A DNA stretch of 64,000 bases, taken from NCBI RefSeq assembly GCF_009914755.1, contig NC_060940.1, one strand, 5' to 3'. Under the pieces are notes generated by a model. It was not told the origin of the DNA and searched no databases. It saw only the letters and a list, made by a program, of their open reading frames with translations. Below are positions 63,631 to 64,000 of the stretch, one piece after another (within the stretch, counting starts at the first letter, position 1; each line of letters begins with the position of its first letter). This stretch comes from the human T2T-CHM13v2.0 reference genome, Homo sapiens. The position numbers and the translations under genes are program-made.

Positions 63631-64000
63631 ATTATTGTTCAGTTCAACATCCTTCTCTTATAAATGAAAGCTCAGAGCAGGTCAGTAACTTAGTCAAGCT
63701 CATAGTCAGTGTCAATGCCAAGGCTAGAGCCAAGTCTCACGAAAACTCCTCTGCCAGTGCAACATTCTTCCTCAGTCTGTCTAACGAGGTTCTCCCCATG
63801 CCGTGATCATTTCTATGGACCCCTATTATTAACATAGGAAATAAGGATGCTTAATAGATACTTAGTGAATGGAAAGGAGGGAAGTAGGAAGGGGGAGCAG
63901 GAGGGAGAGGGAGGGAGACTGAATTCCCAGAGATCAAAACCTGTTCTTACTCAGCTTGGTATCACCAAGTGCCCAGCACAGGGCCTGCCATACAGAGACC

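Overview
Primate (almost certainly human) genomic DNA from the body of the ZNF423 (OAZ/Zfp423) gene, transcribed on the minus strand. The only protein-coding sequence I can support is one 3,215-nt internal exon (8516->5302, phase 1 in, phase 0 out). It encodes 25 C2H2 zinc fingers (ZF2-ZF26 of the 30-finger protein) plus a C4-like motif. Positions 1-5301 are the downstream intron and 8517-64000 the large upstream intron. The introns hold about 22 Alus (many with readable target-site duplications, TSDs), THE1, MLT1 and MER52 LTR elements, MER5A, MIR/L2/L1 relics, simple repeats and several AT/homeobox-rich putative enhancer blocks. The main unexplained signals, all hypotheses, are: (1) candidate cryptic exons directly upstream of long UG-rich tracts (TDP-43-type architecture), best at 1102->1028/985; (2) an exon geometry in which a back-spliced circle would carry a full-circle 1,072-aa ORF whose stop overlaps its own start (AUGA); (3) a CpG-rich internal promoter/first-exon candidate at ~33.6-34.4 kb with tandem 5' splice sites; (4) an RFC1-like (AGAAG)23 polypurine tract in an Alu tail; (5) an antisense THE1 LTR with an intact DUX4 motif. 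No rRNA, tRNA or CRISPR array was seen. Repeat subfamily calls are by eye.
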